Shown here one piece after another: positions 9,811 through 20,194 of a stretch of DNA of 64,000 bases. The notes below the pieces were generated by a model. It did not search any database and was not told where the DNA came from. It saw only the letters and a list, made by a program, of their open reading frames with translations. Each line of letters starts with the position of its first letter. Position 1 is the first letter of the stretch. This DNA is from a bacterium (GTDB lineage Bacteria; SM23-31). The translations under genes and the position numbers were made by a program. The stretch is from NCBI GenBank assembly GCA_965249485.1, contig OZ252239.1, positions 288,001 through 352,000 of the forward strand, read 5' to 3'.

Positions 9811-10887
9811 TTATAATAAAGAGATGAATATGATTGGAATAATAAAAAATAACACAATGACGTATAGTACCAATAATATCCTGTATTTACCAATCAGAAT
9901 TGAAAATTTAGACGCCAGCCAAATAGGGATCTTTCTTAATGCTGTAAATAATGTTATGCCAAAAATATTAAATAACAGATGGGAAAAAGCGATTTGTATG
10001 GCGACAATATTTCCTGTTGAAAACGATGCAAGAAGCGCAGTTACAGTAGTACCGACATTTGATCCGAGAGTATACGGATATATTTGCTGCAATGTCAATA
10101 TTCCCGCCCCCGCAAGAGGGATAATGAGAGATGTACTGATCGAACTGCTCTGTACCAACGCAGTTACCACAATGCCGAGCAATAATGAAAGGGAATATGT
10201 CCGAAAAATATATTGATCGAAAAACACCTCGACTTTGTGGACTGTAAGAGATTTGATGATCTTTGTAATATATCTCAAGACAAAAAACATGCATAGAAAC
10301 GCAATGATCACCATGAGTATTCCCGAATTGCCCGTAGCTGTGATTGTCAGTTTAACAAGCGGATTGACTAAGGTCTTAATCGGGCTCGAAAATTTAAGTC
10401 CGCCCGCTCCTTCGAATATTCGCGCTACAAAGATAGCCGATTTTCCTAAAAAATTGGTGTAGTATTGGACCGGAAATAACGCCAAAACGGAGAGGAAATT
10501 GAAAAAGTCATGGACCACTGCCGATGAAGCAGCCTGCTGAAATTCTATTTTTTTTGTAATATAGCTTATTGAAATAACCGTATTCGTAACACTTGTTCCA
10601 ATATTGGCTCCCATAATAATCGGGATGGCATTATGGAGCGAAAGAATATCCCCTGCGGCAAGAGCGACGACAACCGACGTCGTGGTGGATGAACTTTGAA
10701 TAACACTGGTGGCTAAAATTCCGATAAGAAGTCCGACAACAGGATTTTCGGTCGTTGAAATAATCGTTTCGACGAAATCACTGCCGAAAAATTTCAGAGC
10801 GCTGCCGAGCAGAATAATACTATAAAAAAATAAAAATAAAAGGAAAAGAAGCAGGATGATCTTTGGTATGGTAGATCGCATATTCAA
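9811..10887 (-). CDS. Na/Pi cotransporter (NptA/PNaS family)
   Basis: Duplicated QSSS motifs, GANIGT and GSNVGT. Confidence 0.9.
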   Translation of the reverse strand: MNMRSTIPKIILLLFLLFLFFYSIILLGSALKFFGSDFVETIISTTENPVVGLLIGILATSVIQSSSTTTSVVVALAAGDILSLHNAIPIIMGANIGTSVTNTVISISYITKKIEFQQAASSAVVHDFFNFLSVLALFPVQYYTNFLGKSAIFVARIFEGAGGLKFSSPIKTLVNPLVKLTITATGNSGILMVIIAFLCMFFVLRYITKIIKSLTVHKVEVFFDQYIFRTYSLSLLLGIVVTALVQSSSISTSLIIPLAGAGILTLQQIYPYTLGSNVGTTVTALLASFSTGNIVAIQIAFSHLLFNIFGITLFTALRKIPIWLASKFSILIGKYRILLVLYVIVLFFIIPIIFISLL

Positions 10888-11159
10888 GAATTTAACGTCT
10901 GATTAATTTATTTGGCCAATGTTCTTTTTTTTGTTAATGTTTCCGACCAGTGCGGTTGCCATGCTTTACTCCTGATTTTGCATAGTAAAATGTGCAAATG
11001 TACTATAAAATTTATTAAAATTCAATTGATTTATCTGAATTAAACAAAGAGCAAGTACTCGATAATCTAATTGTTGATTTGAGGGAAAAGTCTGGATGGA
11101 TAAATACTAATTGCCTGGAGCTGAAATATTTTCGTATTGATGAATACCAGTGCGTAAGA

Positions 11160-12731
11160 TTATTTCTGGGGATAGTACAGCAGGGTAAACTTTGTTTTCA
11201 TCCGTGATAAAACAGTGATGTGAGATTGTAGAATATCGGATCGTGTGATCCTGATCAGAAAGAAACTAAAAAAACTGCCGGAATTGCCTCCGAAACTACT
11301 TGTGAAAAAACTGCTAATCGCAGATTGCTGGGAATTAAGCAGGTTTAATGTCTTCTGCAGCTCAGTAAATTTTCTTCTGAGGCTCGCTTCCTGAACGAGA
11401 AGCCGGGCTTCATAATTTTTGATCCGGGAGTCAATACTCGTAAGTTGTCTTTTTATACTGTCTTGTCCTCTGTCGACGGCACCGCCTCTATCGACAAATC
11501 GGTCGAGCAGCGTATCAAGCTGTTTTGCAACACCGTTTTCCGAGGAGAACAAATTTGTGACCTGATCAGTTTTGGTCGTCAGGGCCTCATTGAGCTTTTC
11601 GCTGTCTTTGATTGAAATTGTTCCCTCACGTGATACATCAAGTCCGATCTGTGATAGGAGTTGAAATTCGCCGCTCGGCAAACCTGTGACTGAGTTGGAA
11701 ATAAGGCTTCTTAGACTAAACTTCAACCCCGTAAAGACGGCATCTCCGGTAAAGTCTCCCCTAGTGAAATTGGTTGTATCGACTTTTGTCTTCTCATTCA
11801 GATAAGTTATCGCAGCATTATATTTCTCAATGAAAGTATCAATTCCGGCTTTGGCACTTGTTGTGTCGTTGGTGACGGTGATTGTCAGCGGAGAATCATC
11901 GATTTCCTGAGCCCTCAGAAGCTTAAATGTAACACCGTCGATGATATCGCTGATTTCATTGGTACCCTTGACAATATCGACGCCGTCGACATTAAGCAGG
12001 GCATCGAGATCGGCGGTATTTTGCTGAAGAAAACCGCCATTGGTTCCGGTTGTCTGCCGTCTGTTACCGCCGACAGTGAGATATTTTAATTTTCTTAGGA
12101 TGTTCGAACCGTTAATCTCGTTCAGATCCAGCGTATTTTCTGATCCGGTTTTTGAACCTTTAATGACCAGACGAGCCGTGGTTGACGTATCATGAATGAC
12201 CGAAGCCGATACTCCTTCGAGATCCGATTCATTGATCGCATCCAGGACTTTATTCATGACGTCTTCATCGGTGTCTGTAGCTTCCACATTCACACTGATG
12301 GTAATGGGATCGTCGCTTCCGACTGAAATCGTAAATTCCTGAAGACCAAGCGATTCTCCGGCAAGAAACGTTCCTGATAAATCAAGTTGCCGCGAAATAC
12401 CGGTATCATTCGATGCCAATCTGTCTATATTTACTGCGTAACTTCCGACAAGTGCAGATGCTGATGCGGATACTGTCAAAAAGCTGGTATTGCTCGAAAT
12501 GGCCGACTTTTTACTGAGCGTATTAAGCGTGCCGACACCTGATAGAGAGCCCGATATTTTCTGTAGGGCACTCAATTTTGATTTCAGGTCCGTATAGACC
12601 GCAACCCGTCTGTCCAGATTGGTCTTTGACGATTCCAGATCGGTGATCGGCCGTCTCTCCGGCACCATAAACTGATCAACTAATGTTTGAATACTGTTGG
12701 CGCCGCTCGTAACTGATGATATAGCTACCAC
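11160..12731 (-). CDS. fliD: Flagellar filament cap protein FliD; the last ~35 aa may come from a homopolymer error near 11268-11274
   Basis: N-terminal LVDQFMVPERRP, NEISDIIDGVTFKL, LSQIGL, C-terminal coiled coil LRRKFTELQKTLNLLNSQQS; GGAGG RBS. Confidence 0.92.
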   Translation of the reverse strand: MVAISSVTSGANSIQTLVDQFMVPERRPITDLESSKTNLDRRVAVYTDLKSKLSALQKISGSLSGVGTLNTLSKKSAISSNTSFLTVSASASALVGSYAVNIDRLASNDTGISRQLDLSGTFLAGESLGLQEFTISVGSDDPITISVNVEATDTDEDVMNKVLDAINESDLEGVSASVIHDTSTTARLVIKGSKTGSENTLDLNEINGSNILRKLKYLTVGGNRRQTTGTNGGFLQQNTADLDALLNVDGVDIVKGTNEISDIIDGVTFKLLRAQEIDDSPLTITVTNDTTSAKAGIDTFIEKYNAAITYLNEKTKVDTTNFTRGDFTGDAVFTGLKFSLRSLISNSVTGLPSGEFQLLSQIGLDVSREGTISIKDSEKLNEALTTKTDQVTNLFSSENGVAKQLDTLLDRFVDRGGAVDRGQDSIKRQLTSIDSRIKNYEARLLVQEASLRRKFTELQKTLNLLNSQQSAISSFFTSSFGGNSGSFFSFFLIRITRSDILQSHITVLSRMKTKFTLLYYPQK

Positions 12732-12808
12732 GAACTTCCTCCTTTGGAAAACGTGCCAAAGTACTCACCGTATAATAATAGTCGCTTAACTATTTCAATT
12801 CACCATTG

Positions 12809-12836
12809 TTATCGGTAAAAATACCGGATAACTTTA
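12809..12836 (-). promoter_or_regulatory. Sigma-28 promoter of fliD
   Basis: Minus strand TAAAGTT...: TAAA-N16-ACCGATAA, close to the FliA/SigD consensus. Confidence 0.75.
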
Positions 12837-13089
12837 GTGATGAGGATCACATCCTGCATAACGTGCTTCACATGCTTGAGCACAAATAGCGGAGATTCGG
12901 GACTTTGCCCCATGGACAATTGCAAAATAGTTTTGACATCGATGTATATTTGTTATACATTGCAGTTTAATTGGTATATTGTCGATACTATTAACGGTTG
13001 GGGCAGTCGGTTTTTCTACAGAGAATACGTGTTGAAAAACGAACTTTTTAGTGCCTGTTATAGTTAATAGTATAGAGGAGATAAATGCA

Positions 13090-13442
13090 ATGGGTAGCAA
13101 CTTTAAAAATTATGCATTTGCAAGCTCGGATGATCCTCTTGGAACATTTATGCTTATAATCCTTGGACTCATAGCAGTCTATATCGGTTATAAGTCATTT
13201 CTCTATTATATGGATCGGCGCAAGTGGAGTTGGTTTCTGCAGTTATGCAAAGAGAAAAAAATGAATCAGAAGGAAGCTTCCTACCTGAAAAATGTCGTAA
13301 TGCGGAAAAAATAGTCAGCTCGGACGAATTATATGGTTCGATCTATTCGCTCAATCTTCCCAGTCCGATCAAGAGAAAACTGCTCTGGGATGATGAACCA
13401 GTCAGTCAAGCGCCTCGGCGTCCGTCTCGTGTTCAGCGGTAA
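13090..13442 (+). CDS. Small single-pass membrane protein, split by a probable frameshift in the A-run at 13306-13311
   Basis: AGAGGAG RBS; TM helix; adding one A joins ...VMRKK to IVSSDELYGS...; resembles the N-terminal part of the PilZ protein at 16438..17547. Confidence 0.6.
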
Positions 13443-13460
13443 TAATTGAGGTGCCGCGAA

Positions 13461-14726
13461 CTACATTTCTGCTGAATTTGACCGGATAAGATTTAGCAGG
13501 TCCTCACCACACACATTCCATTTTTTGTTTCCAAAACCTATTACCTTTTTTAATTCATCTTCTGTTACTGGAGATTTTTGTGCAATCCGTTTTAACACCT
13601 CATCAGAAAAAAGCACAAATGCAGGTATGTTGAGCTCTATTGCACGTCTACGCCTAAAATTACGCAGTATTTCAATGAGCGCTCTGTCGACTTTTTCACC
13701 TTCTTCCAGATTATAACGTTTTGGTAGATTAACAGGATGAACAGGAAATGCTCCAATTATCTTTTTTCCGACCGGACTCAAAAAGATCGTCGGATATATT
13801 CCTAAAGTGCGTTTCAGGTATCCATTTTCATAGAGTATCTCAAACAGGTCTTCAATATTTATTCTTTCCTGATTGTGCAGTGCACCGAATGTCTCTGCAT
13901 TGTGAAGGCCAAAACGCATGATTCGGCCAGTTTTTTTACCGAGTAATACATCAATCAATATATTTTTTCCGAATTTTTCTCGTGTTTCAGCTATACAGAG
14001 CAGTACTGTATGAACATTTTCCTGCTCATTCTTAAATTGGACCGAGCGATCTAATTCCGTAATCCGGCAGTTATCGCAATTGCCACACTCCTTAGCATTC
14101 CTATCTAAATCTAACGCCGCATTCAAGTACCGGAGCCTGCAAGTGCGTGCTACTGCATATCCTTCCATCACATCGAGATCAGCAAGACGGCGGTCCTTAA
14201 AACTTACGTACTGTGAGTCTGCTGTTACAGTAATAATATTTTCGTGATAATAGCGGTCTTGCGGATTATACAGAAGAACAACATAGACATCTTTCACAGA
14301 TTTGCTGAGATTTCTGAAGGTATGAACATACTCACGGACCGTTGCGGGCATACACCAGAACACAATAAAGTGGAACACCGGAGAGGTTATGTAGTGAGAT
14401 AGTTCTTCTTCTATAACGAGAGACTGGTCATGGCGGGGGAGAAATTCGTTTTGTTTTTTCAGATACTCTTCCGGGCGATCGACACTACTCAGGGAAAGGA
14501 ATCGGTACGAAACATTATCGAGCACTTCACAAACGAGGTCTGTCACACTATTGTCAGGTGTTATAATGAGGCCCGGGCCGGTAAGCGTCCTAATGATATT
14601 TACCAATTTTTCCCGTTTTGGTTCAGCGGGACTTACAGTGCACCTGAGATTAGGTAATAAATAGGAACGCCAGGCAGCTGTTTTTAACTTCTCCAATGCT
14701 GATGTATTCACATCTGAAACAATCAT
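13461..14726 (-). CDS. RecQ-derived protein: Zn-binding, RQC and HRDC domains with a degenerate helicase core
   Basis: CRLRYL..CGNCDNC, FGKNILIDVLLG, IPAFVLFSDEVL..GFGNKK; no Walker A or DEAH motif. Confidence 0.8.
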   Translation of the reverse strand: MIVSDVNTSALEKLKTAAWRSYLLPNLRCTVSPAEPKREKLVNIIRTLTGPGLIITPDNSVTDLVCEVLDNVSYRFLSLSSVDRPEEYLKKQNEFLPRHDQSLVIEEELSHYITSPVFHFIVFWCMPATVREYVHTFRNLSKSVKDVYVVLLYNPQDRYYHENIITVTADSQYVSFKDRRLADLDVMEGYAVARTCRLRYLNAALDLDRNAKECGNCDNCRITELDRSVQFKNEQENVHTVLLCIAETREKFGKNILIDVLLGKKTGRIMRFGLHNAETFGALHNQERINIEDLFEILYENGYLKRTLGIYPTIFLSPVGKKIIGAFPVHPVNLPKRYNLEEGEKVDRALIEILRNFRRRRAIELNIPAFVLFSDEVLKRIAQKSPVTEDELKKVIGFGNKKWNVCGEDLLNLIRSNSAEM

Positions 14727-14843
14727 TTATTATTGTTAAAACTGCAAATAACCAGGAGATACTCGTTGAGCGTGTTTACAGTACATCAATAAACCGCGCT
14801 ACAAATGAAAATAATTGGATACTCCTATGCAAATAATTTCTGC

Positions 14844-15407
14844 TTAGTTACCCAATGCATTTATAATAGCATCTAAAAGCGTATCATTAGGAATAATTCC
14901 CTGGTTCACCGCACTCCATTGTATTGTCCCGTCTGTCCCGATGAGAAAATACGAGCGCATGGCAAAAGGGCCATTATCGCTCAAAACACCATAAGCGTTT
15001 ATCACATTTTGGGCAGGATCATTGAGGAGTGGAAAGGAAAGTCCCATCTCTGCTGCGAATCCTTTATTGTCTTCAAAACTATCTGCGCTGATACCGAAGA
15101 GCTGTATATCGAGATCCAGAAACTTCTGGATTTCACCCTCAAAGTTTGAGAGTTCTTCGCGTCAGCCGCCAGTGAACGCTTTTGGATAAAACGCCAACAG
15201 TACCGGCTTTTCTTTCAGAACATTACCGAGAACGATGTTGTTTCCTTCAGGTGTCCCCGGCAAGGTAAATAAGGGAGCCTGGTCTCCGACAGAAAGGTTA
15301 ACTGATAGCACGGCATTCTCCTCTGTACGGGCATCACCCGAATCCCCGGTACACGAGATGAGTACCATCCCTGACAGGGTCAGGAAAAGTAAAAGGAATC
15401 TATACAT
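14844..15407 (-). CDS. Selenocysteine-containing peroxiredoxin (BCP/AhpC-TSA family), lipoprotein; UGA-Sec at 15162-15164
   Basis: FYPKAFTGG-U-REELSNF...GISADS...FPLLND...AMRSYFLIG continuous in one frame; TGA sits at the peroxidatic Cys position; selD present in window. Confidence 0.9.
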
Positions 15408-15545
15408 TGTGAACCTCTTGGTTTTTTTGAAACAATTAGTTGATTTATGGCTTTATATATTATAAGAATTGAATTGCTGCTTATACTATACATGATATAA
15501 ATCAGATTTAAATGTATTCAATACTCAGGAAATGGTGCACCATGT

Positions 15546-16349
15546 TTAATTAATCAATCTTATTTTTCTTTTTTGATATTCTTCAGTGTTGAGGATACGG
15601 GTGTTGTTCACGACCATTGCAGCAATATTAGCCTGGGCTCTGTTGATTCTATCAGTAGGAGCGGGGTGTGTAGAGAGCATATTTTCGACAAATGTCGGTT
15701 CCGATTCTCTAAGCTCGGCAAGTTTTTCAAAAAAAGTCACGAAACCATTTGGTTCGTATCCAAGTTCGTTTATGTATCTGACACCGAAATCGTCCGATTC
15801 AAATTCATTATTTCTACCGTAGTTTAACATACCGATCCCGCCCAGTATTTCTGCTGCCATTTGTTCCATCTGGCCGGGATTATTTCCAAGTACAATAGCG
15901 AGGAGAATCTGATACCCATACATCGAGGTCAGCCGCTTCATACCGTGTCGACCGACAACATGGCCTACTTCATGTGCAAGCACTCCTGCAACTTCTGCTT
16001 CATTGTCGGCGCGCAGCAACAGACCAGAATATATATAGATAAATCCTCCTGGGAGTGCAAACGCGTTAATCGTTGATGTATCGTCGACAACATTGAAAGT
16101 ATATTCAATATCAGGACGGTCAGTTACTAAAACAATTCGCTGCCCAATACCGTCGATAAATTCTGCCCACTCATCATTGTCCAATATTGTCAGCTCCTTT
16201 TCGATTTCCTGCGAAAACTCCCTTCCCATTTCTACTTCCTGATTGGTAGAAAATAAATTTGCTCCGCAGGAAAGCAGACACAAAATGCTGAAACCGAGAA
16301 CATAATAAACAAATTGATATATAAGCGATGTTACCTTGCCATAATTCAT
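15546..16349 (-). CDS. M48 family metalloprotease (lipoprotein)
   Basis: INAFALPGG, HEVGH, EFESD, STHP; LLSC lipobox. Confidence 0.9.
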   Translation of the reverse strand: MNYGKVTSLIYQFVYYVLGFSILCLLSCGANLFSTNQEVEMGREFSQEIEKELTILDNDEWAEFIDGIGQRIVLVTDRPDIEYTFNVVDDTSTINAFALPGGFIYIYSGLLLRADNEAEVAGVLAHEVGHVVGRHGMKRLTSMYGYQILLAIVLGNNPGQMEQMAAEILGGIGMLNYGRNNEFESDDFGVRYINELGYEPNGFVTFFEKLAELRESEPTFVENMLSTHPAPTDRINRAQANIAAMVVNNTRILNTEEYQKRKIRLIN

Positions 16350-16437
16350 TGTCAGTCTTTCATTAATCTGAGCTATATATGATAGCACAACAAATATACA
16401 CACATCAACTAGCTAATTCCAAAACTTTTGCGAAATC

Positions 16438-17547
16438 TTATGAAGATTTTTCAGACTTTTTTGCCATCTGTATCTGCGACACCATCTGTATAATTGCATC
16501 TCTTGTCTTATCATGAACGGTATTGAATTCCACAAATACTTTATATTGTTCATCTATTGTATCGGCTCTGATAACTCTTCCCATAATACCCTTAAATGAT
16601 TGTTCTTTCGAAACAATCAACTCTACACGTAATACAGTGTCAGACTCAAGCTTTTTGTTAGTGAAAAATGAAACTCCGCCGCCGCTCAAATTTGTCACTT
16701 TGCCAAGAAAGCTGTCAGTTGGTGTATCTTCCGGAAACGTTCCATGATTCATAAAGAAGTTCTCATCATTATCAGAGATTATAAAAAATCTCCCGGTAAA
16801 ATTGGTGCGAATTCTGAAAAAATGCCGCCGCTGCTTTCTGGAGAATTCTTCGGAATGCTTAAAGGTTGCCGTATTATCGATTACTTTCGATACAACAATC
16901 AATGGAAACCGGTATCCAGCATCCCGCTCCCGCCAGTAATAGCCGTCAAACAGTGCTTGCGGTATAAATAGGTGGGCATTCGTCCCGAATGAATCATCAC
17001 GTAGTGTAATATGCGTCCGTGTATTTTCGGCAATTACCGTATGAAGAAATCGTTTTCCCTTTTCGGTCGGAACGGTTACACGGATTTTCTGATTTGGAGG
17101 AATCTGCCGGGTCGAGCGGAGGTTGTCCTGAGAGTGGAACTCCTTCATAAATATTTTCTCACGGACACTATCGACAAGTTCTTCTAATTCATCGTTATCG
17201 TATACTTCCATGTCAGGCAAAGTGGATTCCAAAAAATTTTTAGCTGTGTTGTCGTAGAATCGAACAGACTGAATAAGCTTTTGTGGATTATTCGGACAGA
17301 ATTTCTGAGCAAGCATGACCAGAATGTCTGCTTCTTCTTCGGAAAGATCCCGCATTTCGGCAATTTTATGAAACCAGTTCCACTCAAACGCAAGCGTTCT
17401 CCGTTTACGCTTTTTTGATAGGGTCAATTGCCACATAAAAAGTAATATGAGTACTACAATTCCGAGGAAATGAATATAATAAAGGGATTCGTTGGATGGT
17501 GCTACAATGCGGAATTTATCTAATATATATATCCAGGAATCATCCAT
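16438..17547 (-). CDS. Membrane-anchored PilZ-domain c-di-GMP effector (YcgR/flagellar-brake-like)
   Basis: QRRHFFR (RxxxR) and NLSGGG (D/NxSxxG) motifs; N-terminal TM helix. Confidence 0.85.
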   Translation of the reverse strand: MDDSWIYILDKFRIVAPSNESLYYIHFLGIVVLILLFMWQLTLSKKRKRRTLAFEWNWFHKIAEMRDLSEEEADILVMLAQKFCPNNPQKLIQSVRFYDNTAKNFLESTLPDMEVYDNDELEELVDSVREKIFMKEFHSQDNLRSTRQIPPNQKIRVTVPTEKGKRFLHTVIAENTRTHITLRDDSFGTNAHLFIPQALFDGYYWRERDAGYRFPLIVVSKVIDNTATFKHSEEFSRKQRRHFFRIRTNFTGRFFIISDNDENFFMNHGTFPEDTPTDSFLGKVTNLSGGGVSFFTNKKLESDTVLRVELIVSKEQSFKGIMGRVIRADTIDEQYKVFVEFNTVHDKTRDAIIQMVSQIQMAKKSEKSS

Positions 17548-17571
17548 AATTAAATAAGAAAAAGTACCGAC

Positions 17572-19182
17572 CTAATTAGTAAAAACTTTTTTCATAAGTT
17601 CAACAACTATCTCCCATATCGAGAGATTGAGGCTGTAATCTTTCCTGAGCTGCACTGCTTGGACAGATCTCCCCTGAGAAATCAACATGTTGTAGGCATC
17701 CTTCGCCACTTCCTGAGTCTTTGTTTTGGGAATTCTCATCTTTTTGCGCAAATCGACGGCATCCTCATACTTACCAGACTCCATTTGTTTCTGCCAGATG
17801 ATAAATGCTGCATTAACAACTCGTTTTTCCCTCAGTTTAAAATGCAGGGCAATATTGGTTGAAAGCTCCATTTGACCATTTTCATAGGCCTCATTGAAAC
17901 TTGCCTTTGCTTCTGCTTTAATATCAGCGGAAGACACTCGCACGTTCAGCTCTTCGACTATTTCAAATGCCTCGAGAAATTTACGTGACTTCAACTGTTT
18001 AATGAGCGAAGTCGAGACAATTTCATTGAGTTTTTCGCCCTTTAACTGATATTCTTCGATTACTGTTTTTACCTCATCTATTTTACCGCGTAAAATTGAA
18101 TTTTTCAAAAATTCCGATGAAACATTAGTAACGGTTTCAATACTGTTGGTGATAATATTTTCATTGAACAGCTTGTAGTTATCCTTCACAGTACGTGCGG
18201 CCAGCAGATTATCTTGCTGCATAAAATTATGGTGTAGTTTCTCAGCAGTTTCAATTATTCTTACTTTTATATCCGCGGGCACAATATTCGATAAGAGTCT
18301 AAAATTTTCGACAATCCGAAAGGCTGAATTATAATTCCCTGAAGTGAGAATATTATTGTGCAGAAACGCCACTTCTGCAATCGTTTCTTTCATCAATGAA
18401 CCGATATATGCACTAAAATCTCTGTTTTCTATGAGTTTCAGTGTCTCGATAAGTGTCGCTAACTGATCAACTTTTTCTCTTGAAATGAGATCTTTGACAA
18501 CATTTTCAATAAATACTTTGGAGAAATTCTTGAATTCGAACTTATCAACCTGACTGAGGTCCCTGTCACTGATTATACTGTAATTTTCCTCAAGGCGAGC
18601 AAATTCATTAATTTTGTTTTCTCCAAGAAGGACAAAATATGCACGAAGTCCGGCTGTGAGCGTCCGCTTCCTTGAAATATCAAATTCTGTACCCAGTATT
18701 AAGGCTTTCGGGTAGGATTGATTTTCAAAATAGATATTAAACCATCTTCGAGCTTGGCTTGCAATAAGATCAAACGGGATTTTGAAATTATTCTTAAATT
18801 CTATTGCTTTTACTACGTCACGAGAATCGAGGGCTTCATTAAATGCCTTTACTCCTGCGTTTATGATTTCACTTTCAGGAATTTTATACTTTCTGCCCCA
18901 CTCAACAGCTTTGTCAAATTCTTTATTAGCTATATATAACCGGAACTGCGAATTTACCGCTTCAATCCGTAACTCACTTGGAAGACCGTAATTTTCACCA
19001 AGCTTATAGGCAAGGTTATATTTTTTTGTCTTCATGAGCTCCAGAAAGGCTTTCTCTGCAATACCGATTACTTCGATGGCCGAAACAGAGTGATCTTTTT
19101 CCAACATCTCTGCCTCGGAGAAATTACCTCCGACCATTTGCTCAAGAAGCGATTGTTTTAATTCGGCGCTTTCTATTACCAT
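17572..19182 (-). CDS. Alpha-helical tandem-repeat protein of unknown function
   Basis: About 34-aa repeats A..AF...L..(g/k).y..A......Y.(L/I)P; paralogous to 28983..30129. Confidence 0.7.
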   Translation of the reverse strand: MVIESAELKQSLLEQMVGGNFSEAEMLEKDHSVSAIEVIGIAEKAFLELMKTKKYNLAYKLGENYGLPSELRIEAVNSQFRLYIANKEFDKAVEWGRKYKIPESEIINAGVKAFNEALDSRDVVKAIEFKNNFKIPFDLIASQARRWFNIYFENQSYPKALILGTEFDISRKRTLTAGLRAYFVLLGENKINEFARLEENYSIISDRDLSQVDKFEFKNFSKVFIENVVKDLISREKVDQLATLIETLKLIENRDFSAYIGSLMKETIAEVAFLHNNILTSGNYNSAFRIVENFRLLSNIVPADIKVRIIETAEKLHHNFMQQDNLLAARTVKDNYKLFNENIITNSIETVTNVSSEFLKNSILRGKIDEVKTVIEEYQLKGEKLNEIVSTSLIKQLKSRKFLEAFEIVEELNVRVSSADIKAEAKASFNEAYENGQMELSTNIALHFKLREKRVVNAAFIIWQKQMESGKYEDAVDLRKKMRIPKTKTQEVAKDAYNMLISQGRSVQAVQLRKDYSLNLSIWEIVVELMKKVFTN

Positions 19183-19289
19183 TACAATACCATATCATTA
19201 AGGTCAGCAATTATGATTTCACTATCGCTGTTCAATGGAAAAATAAATCTTTTTATAAAAAGTTAATACATGACTACATTATCACATTA

Positions 19290-20141
19290 CTACCATGGTA
19301 TTATCTTACAATTCTGGGCAGACTGCATCGATAGGATATGCTGTTCCGGAATTTCCTGCCAGTGAGGAGACTCAGATAGCTTTTCTGAACCTAAAATAAT
19401 ATATATGTTTGATGGGATTGAATCAACAATTTGAAAATTCATCATCGTTTTCGGGGAGAAAAACGACGTTTCATTGATATCGCTGTCTTTGTTCGTATAG
19501 TAATAGAGAGGCAATCCACTTCGTGAGGCAATGAGATACGAACTATTTGACAATATGAAATTCATTACCGGATTTTCATCAACTTCAGCCTCACGGTGTA
19601 AATCAATCATATGGGATTTCAAAAGCTGAAGCCCCTGCACTGCCGAATCCATAGATATATTACCTCGCTTAATCCCTCCTTCACCTCGAAGAAGAGAGAA
19701 GTAGAAATAAAACAGATGTTCACTGTCTGTATTACCTCGAATCAGTTTTTTGTATACCGGAGGCAGTTTCCGAAGAATTTTTGACCTGATTCTTCGAAAC
19801 TGATTTATGGTGCCGCAATGGGCAAACAACCACTTACCCCACCTAAATGGTTGTGTGTTTGCTTCTTTCCGGTCTCCAATGGTTGCCTGCCTGGTATGAC
19901 TGATGAAAATTTGTGAAGATACAACTTCCGTAATATTGGTTATTCGCTGCTTCCCGGAATTACGGGATGCTTTTTTAAAGAGAAATGATCCTTGTTCTCT
20001 ATAAAAACCAATCCCTCATCCATCCGGAACAATCGGAATAATGTCAGATGCATCCGCACGCTGTTCCAGAGGTACTTCCTTCATTACAGTGCACGAAAGT
20101 TTTATAGGTCCTTCACAAAATAGCCCGAACAACCGGCTCAT
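19290..20141 (-). pseudogene. Class II glutamine-amidotransferase/Ntn-hydrolase (YafJ/EgtC-like), in-frame TGA at 20016-20018, N-terminal Ser in place of Cys
   Basis: MSRLFGLF...PDG*GIGFY...SHTRQATIG...NTQPF...WLFAHCG...GNTDSE in one frame. Confidence 0.8.
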
Positions 20142-20165
20142 AATTTACTGCTCCTTTTTCAGATA

Positions 20166-20194
20166 AAATTACAAATATTTTTAATTTTTGTCAA
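20166..20194 (-). promoter_or_regulatory. Sigma-70-type promoter of the Ntn-hydrolase gene
   Basis: TTGACA-N17-TAATTT on the minus strand. Confidence 0.55.

Noticed and set aside
12834..13100. Short ORFs on both strands between fliD and 13090
   Set aside because: No RBS or recognisable motif; they overlap promoter DNA
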